Below are positions 11,649 through 24,775 of a stretch of 64,000 bases of DNA, piece by piece (position 1 is the stretch's first letter; every line of letters begins with the position of its first letter). Source of the stretch: Octopus sinensis (Eukaryota); the NCBI RefSeq assembly GCF_006345805.1, contig NC_043003.1, positions 83,266,001 through 83,330,000 of the forward strand, given 5' to 3'. Below the pieces are notes generated by a model. That model had not been told where the DNA came from and made no database searches. It worked only from the letters and a program-made list of their open reading frames with translations. The position numbers and the translations under genes were made by a program.

Positions 11649-12181
11649 TACATATTAGAGGGAAACCACTATTTGGACACCTTTATGCTAGAAATAGATC
11701 CGCTATGGTCTTACCACTAAGAAATGTTCTCAAGAAAGGTTTAGCAAAATACCGAAAACGTAATCAAGCAAGATAAAAGAAAAAGCAATAAAAATATGGA
11801 TTATTTGCATACATGTTTCACTATTAACATATTGCGTAATTTTACTTACATAAATGTCCGTAGATCATCGGTGCGACCGTCCAGATGAATATAATTTGTA
11901 GGACTGCATACTAGGATGTCCGCACAAAGTCAGATCTGTAAACAGTTCTACCCATTACACTCGTGGTTATTATATCAAATGTCCTCGCTTTGGCGAGCCA
12001 AATTACCGGAAAAAACTGATGCTGCAGATAATACGTTACTGCAGTGGCCTTTGCCGGTTAGAGAACGTATTAATTTACATTTAATTTCAAAATGAGGGTA
12101 AGAAATTTTTCTTGAGAACATTTCTTAGTGGTAAAAACATAGCGGATCTATTTCTAGCATAAGGTTTCCCTCTAATATGTA
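11649..12181. mobile_element. MITE-like element with ~75-90 bp terminal inverted repeats
   Basis: 11649-11737 and 12108-12181 are inverted (TACATATTAGAGGGAAACC...TTATGCTAGAAATAGATCCGCTATG..TTACCACTAAGAAATGTTCTCAAGAAA) with one ~18 nt indel; 370 bp interior. Confidence 0.8.
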
Positions 12182-12313
12182 TATAATACAATTTTACTGA
12201 ACCTTCAGTTTTTTTTATATGCCAGACCACTGGTGGGAAATCGATGTTAATTAAATTAATATCTAATTTCTCACCCTCATTTTAAATTTATATATATCGA
12301 TCTATCATGGCGA

Positions 12314-12385
<72 letters not shown>

Positions 12386-12841
12386 GTGTGTGCAAGTATG
12401 TATGTGTGTGTGTGTGTGTGCAAGTATGTATGTGTATGTATGTATGCATGTATGCTTGTATGTATAAACATACTTATATGTATGTGTGTTTGCATCTGTG
12501 CATGTATGTATGTATATATATATATATAATGTATATAACAGAAGAAAATAAGGATTTTAAAGTCCAGGTGGATGCTTTTTAAGCCCTCTGTTGTAATGAA
12601 AATTTCGCTGACTAAACCGACCAGTGGCAATAAGATTTGTGTAAACCATGCAATTACACTTGCTCGATTAATGAATACCAAATTCACCTGGAACAATTTC
12701 ATCTAAGATTCCAGGCTAAATTAAGAGAACGGAAAGAAAAATGCAATTATTACACATAATTGAGAATTTATTACATACAGATTGTCGCCGTGTGCATGTG
12801 CATGTGTATGTGTATGTGTGTGTTTTTTGTGTGTGTGTGTG

Positions 12842-12912
<71 letters not shown>

Positions 12913-13184
12913 ACCTTGGACAAGTGTCTTCTAATGTGGCCTTGGGTCAACCAAAGCCTTGTTAGTAGATTTGCTTGACGGAAACTGAAAGAAACAAACT
13001 TTTTTTGTCTTTTATTCTTTCACCGCATTTTAGTCGATGAAATCGACACCACGACTTTTCCTTAGTAAGCCTAGTTTATCGGTCTCTTCCGCTGAACCAC
13101 TACGTAACAGGTACGTAAACACACCAGCACTGTTAGTCAAGCGATGGCAGGGGGACAAGCAGACACACATAAATACATTCATAT

Positions 13185-13245
<61 letters not shown>

Positions 13246-13250
<5 letters not shown>

Positions 13251-14014
13251 GCAGGAAGTAAGTAGACACGTCTAATTTTCAAAATCTTGCATTTAATACG
13301 CAAAACGAACAATTGAAATGTAATCGATAGGTTGGACTACATACTTTGGTATTTAGTTGACAATCCCTTTGCAGTTTTTAATTCAGAAACTCCTTTTGGC
13401 ATTGAAGTGATGGGCTTTGTGGTTGTCTCTTCTGGAATTTCTATCCCAAAATTAACTGGATTTTTCTTACATCATAGCCCATTTCCTTCTTTACATGATA
13501 TTATATGGTTGAAGGAAAGGATTTTTCTAGCTGCTCGTCCATAATATCCAAGATTATGCAGATATGTAACACACGTTCTTGGACTAACTTCAAGCTGTTT
13601 TGCAATGTTAGAAGCCTTCGAACGTGGTTCATATTCCACGATTGTCTTCAAACAGCGAAGTTTCCTTTCCGAAGGCCGAGGTCGACCAGGACGGTAATCA
13701 GTTGATTCGCTTCCTTGGTTTTTGAATTGCACTATAATTCTATTAACAGTAGCAAGAGGAATTTGAAGATTTTCGGCAGTTTTTCGCTGGCTAAGTTCAC
13801 CCTCAAATTGCTCAACAATACGACCTCTTTGAAAATCTGACAGTTCTACTGAATTCTTTGTGTGTGGCTTGGTTACTCTTCGCAAATATTTAATATAATG
13901 GCACCTGGAATGAAAAAAAAAATAATTACATTGTAAATTCTACACCACTAAAAACATATTAAGACGCTTAGATCAGAAATTTTGAAAATTAAAGGTGTCT
14001 ATTTACTTCCTGCA

Positions 14015-14018
<4 letters not shown>
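13246..14018 (-). mobile_element. Internally deleted Tc1-family DNA transposon
   Basis: TIRs GACATGCAGGAAGTAA(G/A)TAGACAC at both ends, TA at the right. ORF 13885-13472 encodes a Tc1 paired-like HTH region (ELSDFQRGRIV...RPGRPR...VSPRT...GYYGRAARK), joined directly to the C-terminus (EIPEETTTKPITSMPKGVSELKTAKGLSTKY). The DDE domain is absent. Confidence 0.9.
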
Positions 14019-14051
<33 letters not shown>

Positions 14052-14139
14052 CATAATTAAATCTTAGAATGAGATTGAAACAGTAATCGCTCGATAATGT
14101 AAAGTATAGAAGCCATCATAAGATGGCTAACCACATTGG

Positions 14140-14270
14140 GGAAGGGGTGTTACTGTAGCTTTATAGCCCCAAGAGATCTTCGTCTCTAGCTGGCTCTAGA
14201 CACAATATCTGTGTCCTTGGAGTATTTGCAAAGGGAGGCCATCCCTTCCTCGCAAGCCTGAGTGATACGC
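14140..14270 (+). repeat. Single-arm copy of the palindromic element at 26059-26364
   Basis: TGGCTAACCAC..GTTACTGTAGCTTTATAGCCCC..AGCTGGCT..GACACA..AGTATTTGCAAAGGGAGGCCATCC aligns by eye to one arm of the 26 kb palindrome. Confidence 0.7.
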
Positions 14271-14968
14271 TCGAACTAGTTTCGGGATTGTTGTCCCTCG
14301 TCATATATATATATATCAAAGGTGATTACAGGTCATCAGCGTCACTCGGGCTCATCACAGATGTATAAAATAAGGTAAGAGACGTAACGCTGAGTTACAC
14401 CTGCACGTATAATTTAACAGTAAACAAATTTGCTGCTTCTATCGAAAGAATGCCTCAGGTTTTTCCGCAATATTTCCAGTCCTAAATAGCTAATTTTTTT
14501 TTATATCTATCATTATGCCTTTCTCTATTACTAAGTTAAGGGTAAAAATAAGGCAACCATGCGAAACACAACTGATCTTTACACATAGACGCACGAAATA
14601 ACAGCACTCAAATAATGAAAGCGGAGTGCACATCAAACATCAGCGATCTGACTGTCGCCTGAACTCTTACCAGGCTCGTTCGCATTATCCCAAATTATTA
14701 CTGTATAACAGCAATCAAATAATGAAAGCAAACTGCACAACAAACATCACCGATCCGACTGTCACCTGTACTCTTAACGAGAGATGTCTGTCAGTTTTTT
14801 ACACCTACCAGGCTCGTTCGTATTAACCTGAGATTTTAGATGACTTTTCGTTCCTTTCAGAATATTGTAAAACGGAAACCTTTCATATATTGGAATTGTA
14901 ATCTCTATAGAAATTTATTATTTCAAGAAAACATTGAATTTGAATTCCGTTTAAACTTTCCGATTATA

Positions 14969-15224
14969 TTGGGCTGGTGCATAATTAATGGGGCTTTTTT
15001 TCTTTTTCAACAAATTTTATTCAACAAAACCAAAAGCAATATTTAACAAAAACAACTTTAAATGACGGTCAGACCGTCTGCCAAGCAAATGAGGAGCGGT
15101 AATTGAAGTGTATGGTGAATATACTCTGGAGCAATCATTTAAAGATGTTTTTGTTACACGTTGTTACTGTTTTAGTTGATCAAAATTTGTTGAAAAAACC
15201 CGCAATAATTATGCACCAACCCAA
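14969..15224. mobile_element. Mariner-type MITE
   Basis: TIRs TTGGGYTGGTGCATAATTA...TTTTTCAACAAATTTT; TA on the left and CA on the right; 256 bp, no ORF. Confidence 0.8.
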
Positions 15225-15552
15225 CAACTAATGACTCATGCTGTAACTTTTGAGCCCGAGACAGGTGCGTGTGAACGATGTCGAGAGAACGTCTGCTACG
15301 AATGGTATTTTTTGCCACAGGCCACCACAAAGGCGACCGCCAGATGCTGAAAGAAAATAAATGAACTGCGACTAGGCTCAATAAAAGGAGCCCGAGTTAT
15401 TGGCTGCAATTACATATTGAAATCAGTGTTGGCAGAAATTAAATCGGCTTGCAAATACACGGTCACTTTACTAAATTTATACTCGAGCTAAGCCCGAATG
15501 GCTCGACTACCGCAGTCGCCACTGATATGTATATATATATATATATATATAT

Positions 15553-15598
<46 letters not shown>

Positions 15599-15616
15599 TA
15601 TATATAATATATATAA

Positions 15617-15775
15617 CGGGCTTCTTTCAGTTTCTGTCTACCAAATCCATTCATAAGGCTTTGGTCGGCCCTAGACTATAGTAGAAGTGACCAAGGTGCC
15701 ACCGAGTCGGAGTGAACCCAGAAGCATGTGGTTGGGAAGCAAGCTTCTTAACAGAGCCACCCCCTTGCCTGCGCC
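15617..15775 (-). mobile_element. 5' half of CORE-type SINE (same family as 44078)
   Basis: Reverse complement begins GGCGCAGGCAAGG..GGCTC..AAGCTTGCTTCCCAACCACATG, followed by GGCACCTTGG..CTTCTACTATAG..GGTAGACAGAAACTGAAAGAAGCCCG. Confidence 0.75.
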
Positions 15776-15781
15776 TGTATA

Positions 15782-15832
<51 letters not shown>

Positions 15833-15938
15833 TCTACATACTAAATAAATGGTGGATAATGAAAGAATAGCAAAAATTAGGATCAGAACCGAATGACATT
15901 TGTCTATCAGAACTATATATGTACACACACACATACAT

Positions 15939-15996
<58 letters not shown>

Positions 15997-16001
<5 letters not shown>

Positions 16002-16137
16002 ACGAATTCAGGAGTATTCCGCTGAAATAATCATCTGATGCTACTATATATATATAGTCCAGTGAACCGGAGGCGTCTCTAAACTCCGAGTAGCATCAGA
16101 TGATTATTTCAGCGGAATACTCCTGAATTCGTATTGA
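15997..16137. repeat. Perfect 49 bp inverted repeat with 43 nt spacer
   Basis: 15997-16045 is the exact reverse complement of 16089-16137; the left arm is flanked by (TA)n on both sides. Confidence 0.95.
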
Positions 16138-16404
16138 GTACCTTTTCTTCTGGTTTGATCATATGAACTGGTGTATTGATGCAACATATACACAAGCAAT
16201 TATATATATATATATATCCGTATAATTTTTTTTTAATTCTATGTATACTACACGCGCACACATACATATATAAGCAAATGAATACATGCAAATATATGTA
16301 TATATTATATATTCATATGTGTTTATATATGTATACGCATATATATATATACACAAGCACGCTCACACACACAATGTATTTATTTATATATTCAGTTATA
16401 GATG

Positions 16405-16462
<58 letters not shown>

Positions 16463-16548
16463 TTACATTTCAAATGTTATATACATACCTGCATCCGTGT
16501 ATGTATATATATGTGTGTGCATGGGTGTGTGTATGTGTGTGTATGTAC

Positions 16549-16582
<34 letters not shown>

Positions 16583-17271
16583 CTGTATGTATATATACAT
16601 ATATGTTTGTATGTTATTAAGTATATGTGAATATATATATATATATTTATATACATAATATGCGTGTGTGCACGTTTTATATATGTGTGATTGTGTATGT
16701 GAGGGAATATATGCGTATATATATACACACACATATATACATATGCGTATATAAATACACACACAGAAAGACACAAACATAGCCACAAGACAGACAGACG
16801 CACACACAAACATATATATACACACACACATACACACACACACACACATACACACACACAAACTTTTAAAATAGTAATTTCCGATGATCCAACTTTCAGA
16901 TATTTTACGTGTTTTAAGTATTGATTCCTTATTTGATTTCTTAATCGATAAATTGTTTTTAATATTTGAGGAAAGTATATTGGCACAAAGCCAATTTGTG
17001 AAACGGAGAGTTATATTCGATTAAATCGACTGCAATTTATGGCAGTTACCACATTTTATCGAACAAGGAGTGACGAAAGATAAAAGTGACACTGGCTAGA
17101 GAGTATTTTGAGATAGAAGCAATTTTAGTGTTGAAGAATATGGAAGAGTTACATTATATATGTACGCGTCAACGTATTGGACAAATCGTAAGAACAGAGA
17201 TAGCATTACAAACCGGTGTGTGCATACGATAGATAAGTGTGTGTGTGTGTATACATATATATATATGTATG

Positions 17272-17315
<44 letters not shown>

Positions 17316-17472
17316 TATATATATATACATATGTCTGTATGTATATGTATATGTATACATATATATGTAGGGATATATATATATATATATATAAATACAT
17401 ATGTGTGCATGTATATGTATAGGTATACATATATATTCATACATACATATATATGTAGGTATATATATAATA

Positions 17473-17508
<36 letters not shown>

Positions 17509-17624
17509 GTATGTATGTATGTATGTGTGTATATATATATGTATGTTTGTATGTGTGTATATATATGTATGTATGTATGCGTGTATATATATATATATAT
17601 ATATGATATCAGAGGTCGAGTAAA

Positions 17625-17772
17625 GGCGGCGATCTGGCAGAATCGTCAGCACGTCAGGAAATGCCGCTAAACATTTCGTCAATTTTTTACATCCTGAATT
17701 CAAATTCCACCGATGTAGACTTTGACTTTCATCCTTTCGGGGTCGTTAAAATAAGTACCATTTGAACACTGG
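17625..17772 (+). mobile_element. Decayed copy of the abundant GGCGGCGAGCTGGCAGAA-type SINE
   Basis: Head GGCGGCGATCTGGCAGAATCGTCAGCACG and body TTCAAATTCC..GACTTTG..TTTCATCCTTTCGGGGTCG..AAATAAGTACCA. Confidence 0.8.
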
Positions 17773-18143
17773 GATAATGTTAGGGGTAGATGTGCAGTAC
17801 TACCTCGTCAACACTACCGCAATGTTTCAAAGCAGCACAGAAAAATGTTTACCACATAAGTGAACGTAATATTTGCGACTATTTGCTTCTACTGTACAAA
17901 AAAGGGTAACCAGCTATCACTCTCTTAATTCAAATTCCGTTTGGAATATATTGATATAGGTTTATTTATAATTGCATGTGAATATATTTATGCATTGATA
18001 AACCAGCTCAATTCTACAAACCAGAAAAGCAAAGAACTCAATACGATGTAGGAGGTAATTACTTACCATTACACTGAGATTACTAGCTGGTTACTAGTTA
18101 CCTTAAGATCGATGACAGATAAACTAACTTCACAATGCATGCC

Positions 18144-18175
<32 letters not shown>

Positions 18176-19449
18176 GTCGTGTGTGTGTGTGCGTGTGCGT
18201 GAATATAAAAACCCAAAATATGAGCTAAAAGAAATTTGTGATGGCGGCCAAGGACGTAATTTTAGTTTAAGATAAATTCTTGATTTAGTTAAACTAGCTT
18301 CGGCTCAGGAAAAGGTAACCGAACGGCTGGTGACAATTGCAGCTCATTCCAAATGAGAAGAGGAGATAATAGTCAGGAATTGACGTATGTCTCTGAAAAC
18401 AAAGGTACAGTTACATACACACGTTTCTACCTCAATAGGAATCATAGGCACAGCAGCATTTCTACCTTCAATCTAGCCGCATATAAGATTAAGAAATACA
18501 TATAAATAAATGAATTCATAATATTTATGAGCTAGAGTAATGTGCCGAATTAAATCAAAAATTATATACCACCGTGTATGAGAATGTTTGTGTGTTCTAC
18601 AACAAATATAAGACCGGTATGTGTGTGAGTGTGTGTATGTGTGTGTGAATATAAGTAGTTAAATCTTTAAACAGATGATTTGGCATCTCGATTATCATGC
18701 TCGTCCATCTTTAAGGTTTAATCTCGTGTAGCGTATAAGATCTCTCTTAAAATACATAGATTATTATCGTCCTCTTTCGTTTACAAGCAGTATTATTTGT
18801 TTGTATCTATACTTATATATCTATACAATACACATATGTATGTACACGTATCTACACACACAGGCACAATATATTTATTTGAGTGAGTGTACGTGTGTGT
18901 GTATATGTGTGTGTCTATCTGTTTGTCGTCTGTGTGTATGTACGTATGGCTATACATATATTTTATGTTTATCTTTTATTTATGGTTCAATAAAATAAAA
19001 TAGGAGTGCTCTGATTTTTCTTATAAAAGGCGCTTCTGTAGTCTAATGCAAGTGTATTTGGAGATAGGATTATAAAGTCATATATGTCTTGAAACAACCT
19101 TAAGCCTTCCTGTGTAGTTTAACATTCTAAACTTTTGTCCATTATTTGCTTTCTACTATTCCTCTGGTTGGTAACTGAGATAATCTCTAGTTATGAGATT
19201 TTTCTGGTTACCATATAAAAATGTTCATACACTTATACAAACACAAAACCTCACGCACAGAAGTATGTATGCATATATGTATATGTATACGTGTGTGTGT
19301 GGGAGGGGTCTATACATATATACGTTTGCATGTATACGTGTATGCATGTATGTACGTGTATATATATGAATATAGAAATATATATGTATAAGTTTATACA
19401 CACATATGAGTGTGTGTATGTGTGCGCCCGCGCGCGTATATGTGTGTGT

Positions 19450-20400
19450 TTTATTTTATATGCAATGTCCTCCCAGCTTTCAATGAGCGTGTAAAGAAAC
19501 CCCATGACTCTCTTGCAAATATTCCTGAAACGAAAGATGTTGTCAGCACAGTTTGCTATATTACAATTTTTTCTAGGCCCCCTTCCCTTAGATATGCTGG
19601 GCATGTCGTTCAACAAGCGAGGATATTCGGGTTATAGTAGGATGAGACGGAAGACTATCTTTACATGAGCCAGGTTCTCATCGTTTTCGAATTGTTCAGT
19701 TCACTTCATGCCCAGAATTCGTCTCATGCTGCGTAGGAGAGTACTGCGAAGTCGCTCTTTTCTGAAGTAAAAACCCCAGGTTTCATTATCTATAAGGAAT
19801 GTGATGAGAACGCAAGCTCTCTAAACTTCAACAAAAGTGTTCTCTCAGACTCTCATTGTTAAGGCTGTCTCGTGTTGAGGCTGATCTTCCAGATTCTGCA
19901 AAAATATGTCAACTCGAACATGTTTATGGTAATAGTAAACGAATGCTCATGGCCGTATACAGGACTTCCCTCTATTTTTTTAGTCTAACAGTCAAACCCA
20001 ACTTTTGAAGGGCTATTCTGAGTCTCCCTATGAGGCTATGCATATTCCATACTTTTTCAAACGGGCTATTAGTACTGCATCATCTGCAGTAGCAATCAAA
20101 GCCGACTCAACAGTTTCCCGTTTGATCTGTGTGTTTGTTTGTAAGTGTATGTGTACGTTTTTTTGGACCTGGCGATTCCCATCGTGGTTACACAGATCTT
20201 TTAGTTACATGTGAGGATCCAGAGCCAAAATTACTCATCTATCTGTTGCAAGACGAATCGTAATATTTGCATAAGTAGAAGCGCTTCGTCTCTGGAGATG
20301 ATTCTTTGCTGTTCAGCTCTCCCTAAATTCTCTTATAATCTAACTTTTCATGAAATACACAAACTTAAAGGGATATATATTGCATTAAAGGGTATCCATT
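19450..20400 (-). mobile_element. RTE-clade LINE relic (RT and C-terminal region)
   Basis: Minus translation fragments: LIATADDAVLIA (YADD-equivalent), ETW...LRSMRRILGMK*, RFRNICKRVM...ESWEDIA, typical of RTE/BovB ORF ends; many stops and frameshifts. Confidence 0.75.
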
Positions 20401-21230
20401 GATTAGCTAGATCACATTGCCAACACTTGTACTTTTATGAAAATTAGAGCAGCCCAATTTAGTCGTTTTCGAGTGTATGTTTATACAATATATAATACAC
20501 AGGATGCTAACAAAATTCATGTACGAAATTTTAATTAATATAAATTATAGCCTTATCGATGACAATAATCATTACATAAATGACGTTATTTTGGTCATTA
20601 ACTAACAAGAAATAATTAAGACTATACTAAAATAATATAAATTAAAATTTATTAACTATGGAAATACAATGGAGAGTGAGTTTGAACTTTATCACTGCAA
20701 TGAAATCAGCAGACATTTTTCGGTATTAACTGACGCCATCAGTAATGCATGTTTATTACATGAGTTCTAGATTTTAGATTAATTGATGAGTGTGTAGGAT
20801 TTTTGTTGTTTTTCTCTGAACAACGTATCGCTAGAGACTACAATAAAAAAAAAATTGAACGATAAAAATGATGGTTATCTGGTGATGCCGGCTGCATGAA
20901 ACGTTAATAATAATGTGAGTGGTGTTGTGATTGATATAGCAAGCCGAAGAATTTTATGGAAAAGAAAGTATATCCTTAGAGACCAGAAACATCATTGTCC
21001 TACTGTCAAATTGTGACTTTTAAAAAAGTATGATAAAAACACCAGAGCTATAAGTCAATATTTTCTCACTGATCAGGAAAAGAACTAAGTTCTAATGCGG
21101 AGGTACTGAGCGGATTTTGATGCAGTGCCTTATGTTTGTATTTGTATATATATTATAAAGGAATAGTTTGTATGTGTATATATATAAACATGTATGTATG
21201 TATGTATGTATGCATGTATGTAAGTACGTA

Positions 21231-22423
21231 CAGGGTACGTAAGATATTTGAGGACTGATTTATGTTTATAAAAATACAACTATATAATAACAGATAATAA
21301 ATTTATTTATCAAAAGATGCTATGAGGATACAAATAAACCTTTTTTCTATAATGTTACTCAATAAAACCACCTTCAGCTTCAACAACTCCTTCTGTATGA
21401 TATCTAAATCATCTACATGCTCGAATAAAGTGGTCTTGATTTATTTTGGACATTACTCTCACTATGGCAGCTTTTAAGTACCTTTGGTGTTATGAGCGTG
21501 TTCATTGACCTCTTTCTCAACAACGCTCCACATGTAATAGTCCAATGGACTGAGATCTGAGGAATTAGGACGCCAAATGTTAGGGGTTATGTGATGGTGA
21601 AAAGTTTCAGCAATCCATTCCAGCAAGAGACATGTGTGATAGTGCATAAGGCCTTCCATTGCATACACTGTCTATCCAGAGCGTAAAATTGTTACCAGGA
21701 TCTCAATACAGGTGATAGAATTAACTCTAAGGCCTTGTGGAAAGAAGTCAGGAGGAATCACATGTCTTTCGTTACTGACAACCCCTAAAACTATTACAGT
21801 TGTGGGAAATTTTGTTTGCATAACACTTGGAATTTCAGAAGGGTCTGCACATAACCATCTGTCATTTCTTCTGTTAAATTTTGATCTTGGTTGAATTTTT
21901 TCTCGTTTTAGAAAAACCAAATCAAATCTTCTGGATTTTTCAGTTTGTTTAAGTACCTGTTAGATCTGATGCAGTGATTGTCTTATGCTTTTTCTAACAA
22001 ATTCCCTTTTGATGTTTCCGTGCACATTTCTGACTGTTCCTTCTGACACATGGAGATCTTTTCCAATTGACCTCATGGAATTTCTGGGATTGTAATCAAT
22101 GGTCTGTTGAACTTACTGGAAAACTTCAAGTGTTCTGATGTTTTCAGACCTTTTAGAATGCTTTGATACTGGTGATACTTATCCATCTTCAGTCTCTAAA
22201 TCCCTACAAACTTTGTAGACGAAAAATTTGGCAAATTATAAAAATCGAGATATTCCTAAATGGCTATGCTCAGCATTAATAACCATAATAACACCATGCC
22301 TCTTCATTTCGTAAGTAAGCTGATGTTCATTTATATTTTTCTGAAACAAAGATTATACAGAATTTGAAAAAAATGCAACAATGACCCCAAAAGTGTATGT
22401 CCTAAAATACCTTACGCAGCCAG
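21231..22423 (-). mobile_element. Tc1/mariner superfamily transposon (maT/DD37D-like), decayed, near full length
   Basis: Imperfect TIRs CAGGGTACGTAAGATATTTGAGGAC / CTGGCTGCGTAAGGTATTTTAGGAC with TA on both sides. Minus frames give NRRNDRWLCADPSEIPSVMQTKFPTTVIVLGVVS..GLRVN and WRPNSSDLSPLDYYMWSVVE. Confidence 0.9.
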
Positions 22424-22469
22424 TATATATGTATGAATATATATATATATATATATAATATATATATAT

Positions 22470-22589
22470 ATATGGGTGCTGGGAAATGGTCAGTGCTAGT
22501 GTGTGTGGAGTGGTGTGGGTTGAGGTGATGTAACGTGGTGGTGTGTGGTGTAGGGTATAGGGATGTGAGGGTGGGGTGCAGGTTCTTTA

Positions 22590-22633
<44 letters not shown>

Positions 22634-22819
22634 CACACACACGTACATGTCGGACAATGAGAATGAGTGTTCGACACCTCATTTTTGATAAAAATTCTTT
22701 ATTTACAAATTAAGTCAACCACTAGTTTCATGTCAAGAAGAGAGAGAGAGGGGGTAGGAAGAAAAATAGATAGAAAGATAGATATATAGACAGACAGATA
22801 GACAAATAGCTAGATAGAT

Positions 22820-22895
<76 letters not shown>

Positions 22896-23040
22896 TATGT
22901 ATGTTTATATATATATATATACACACCCCACCGTCACATCACTACGCCCTACACCAGACACGACCACACCACCACGCTACATCACCTCAACCCACACCAC
23001 TCCACACACACTAGCACTGACCATTTCCCAGCACCCATAT
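22470..23040. mobile_element. MITE-like fold-back element with ~110 bp GT-rich inverted arms in (TA)n
   Basis: 22470-22578 is inverted relative to 22924-23040; the outer ~60 bp match exactly and the inner part is diverged. The interior holds (TA)n and (GATA)n. Confidence 0.85.
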
Positions 23041-23190
23041 GTAAATATATATATATATATATGCATATACATATATACATGCACATATATGATTGTGAAT
23101 ATATTTACGTATATATATATATATATATACATATATATTCATATATAGATATACACATATATGTATATACGTATATATATATTTATATGT

Positions 23191-23221
<31 letters not shown>

Positions 23222-23292
23222 CACATCCATATATATATATATATACACATCCATATATATATATATATACACATCCATATATATATGCACAT

Positions 23293-23344
<52 letters not shown>

Positions 23345-24680
23345 CCACGCACATATGTTGATAGATACATATATACGCATGTTATATGTATGTGTGTACG
23401 TACGTAAGCGTGCTTATAATGTAAAAACTCTTGATATATTTCAAAGCAGCACTTTTTTTTTATTTTCTCTTTGTTTTCAAAGACGTATGATAAATAGTGC
23501 AGTCATTATTTGTTGTAGTTTTTTCTTTTGTTTCTTTCTTTCCTTTCCTTTCCTTTTTAAATGCAAATGTTGAATGATTCCACAAAATATCAGCAGGGGT
23601 AATTGCACGTTACATGAAAAATCATCTGTGATAGATGTGATGGAAATTCTTATAATATCGAGGACGTCGCCGATGGATATTCGTAGGGTTGAAAAACAGA
23701 AAGCAACGAACCAAACTCTCAGCACGTTTTCAGTTTTGGTCAGAATTTCGATTTATCATTTAAGTTGTAAATACAACAGATGTATGCATTAGATAAAACA
23801 TCATGTGTAGAATGTTTTTTCTTGGCGGTGACTCAAACTATTGTGAGATATAATAGCCAAATCTTCAATGAATCATGCTCAGTTGTCATACAAGTATATA
23901 GGATTATCAGAACTAGAATCCATTTGGTCAGAGCCCTGCTAAGCTACTGCAGATGCTGATTTGAACATGAATAATAATAGTTATATAGAAATAATATTTT
24001 TATAAAGTTTAACACATATTTCAACTCGCAACAATAGTTATTCTTTTCTGAAATATAATAATGTGTGAACACATATGTGTCTGTGTGTGAGTTATACATC
24101 TTTATATGTGTATCTATGCAAGTGTGTGTGCACGTGTGTATGTATAAGCGTATGTGCATGTGTGTCTGTGCGTAGGTGTATGAGTGCTTTATCTTTAACA
24201 ATTACCCCCAACAAAATATATATGTTTCTCCCTGAAGTCTGCATGGGATGTTAATTGCAGGCAGTTAGAAACGGAAACCAGATAGAAAGACAGATACTTA
24301 CATGTACATAATTTCAATATACCTTTTTTATAAATAACATGACACAGGTTTTCAAGCCTCGCAAATAAAGTAGAAATAACAGAAATGGACACAAATGGAG
24401 TATGGTTCAATCCTACATGAATATTTTACAGTCATTTTACCCTGAAAGCAAAAATATGATAATATACACACGCACGCGCGCGGATACGGACACACGCATC
24501 CACACAGACGCGCGCACACACACATACATATATGCATACTTACATACATAAATACATACATACATACATACATACATACATACATACATACATACATACA
24601 TACATACATACATACATACATACATACATACATGATGGATATCAATTTGTAGACGAGTATGACCATCATTAACAAATTAC

Positions 24681-24775
24681 CTTATCCGAGATGTTCAAGA
24701 AAATGGCTGTCAAACAATTCCTTTGCTGAACTTTGAAGTCAGTAACAGCTTGCACAATATTGCTAAGATTCTCGC
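24681..24775 (-). CDS. Putative internal coding exon, 95 nt, phase 1 to 0: (G)ENLSNIVQAVTDFKVQQRNCLTAIFLNISDK
   Basis: Acceptor TTTACTTGGTTTTGTAG|G and donor AAG|GTAATT. Only one of three frames is open, and it is the one that joins the 43420 exon (G|GC = Gly). Confidence 0.6.

Noticed and set aside
15230-15346. Strong minus-strand acceptor TTTATTTTCTTTCAG before a GC-richer island
   Set aside because: The phase-0 frame stops after 16 codons and no good donor gives a phase-compatible exon; still worth checking in RNA-seq.
18061-18105. Minus-strand ATG|GTAAGT donor
   Set aside because: All frames from the nearest strong acceptor contain stops; GTAAGT occurs at background frequency in this window.
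18300-18395. Minus-strand acceptor CTTTGTTTTCAG followed by RHTSIPDYYLLFSFGMSCNCHQPF
   Set aside because: No convincing donor (only GTTACC), and the frame stops soon after.
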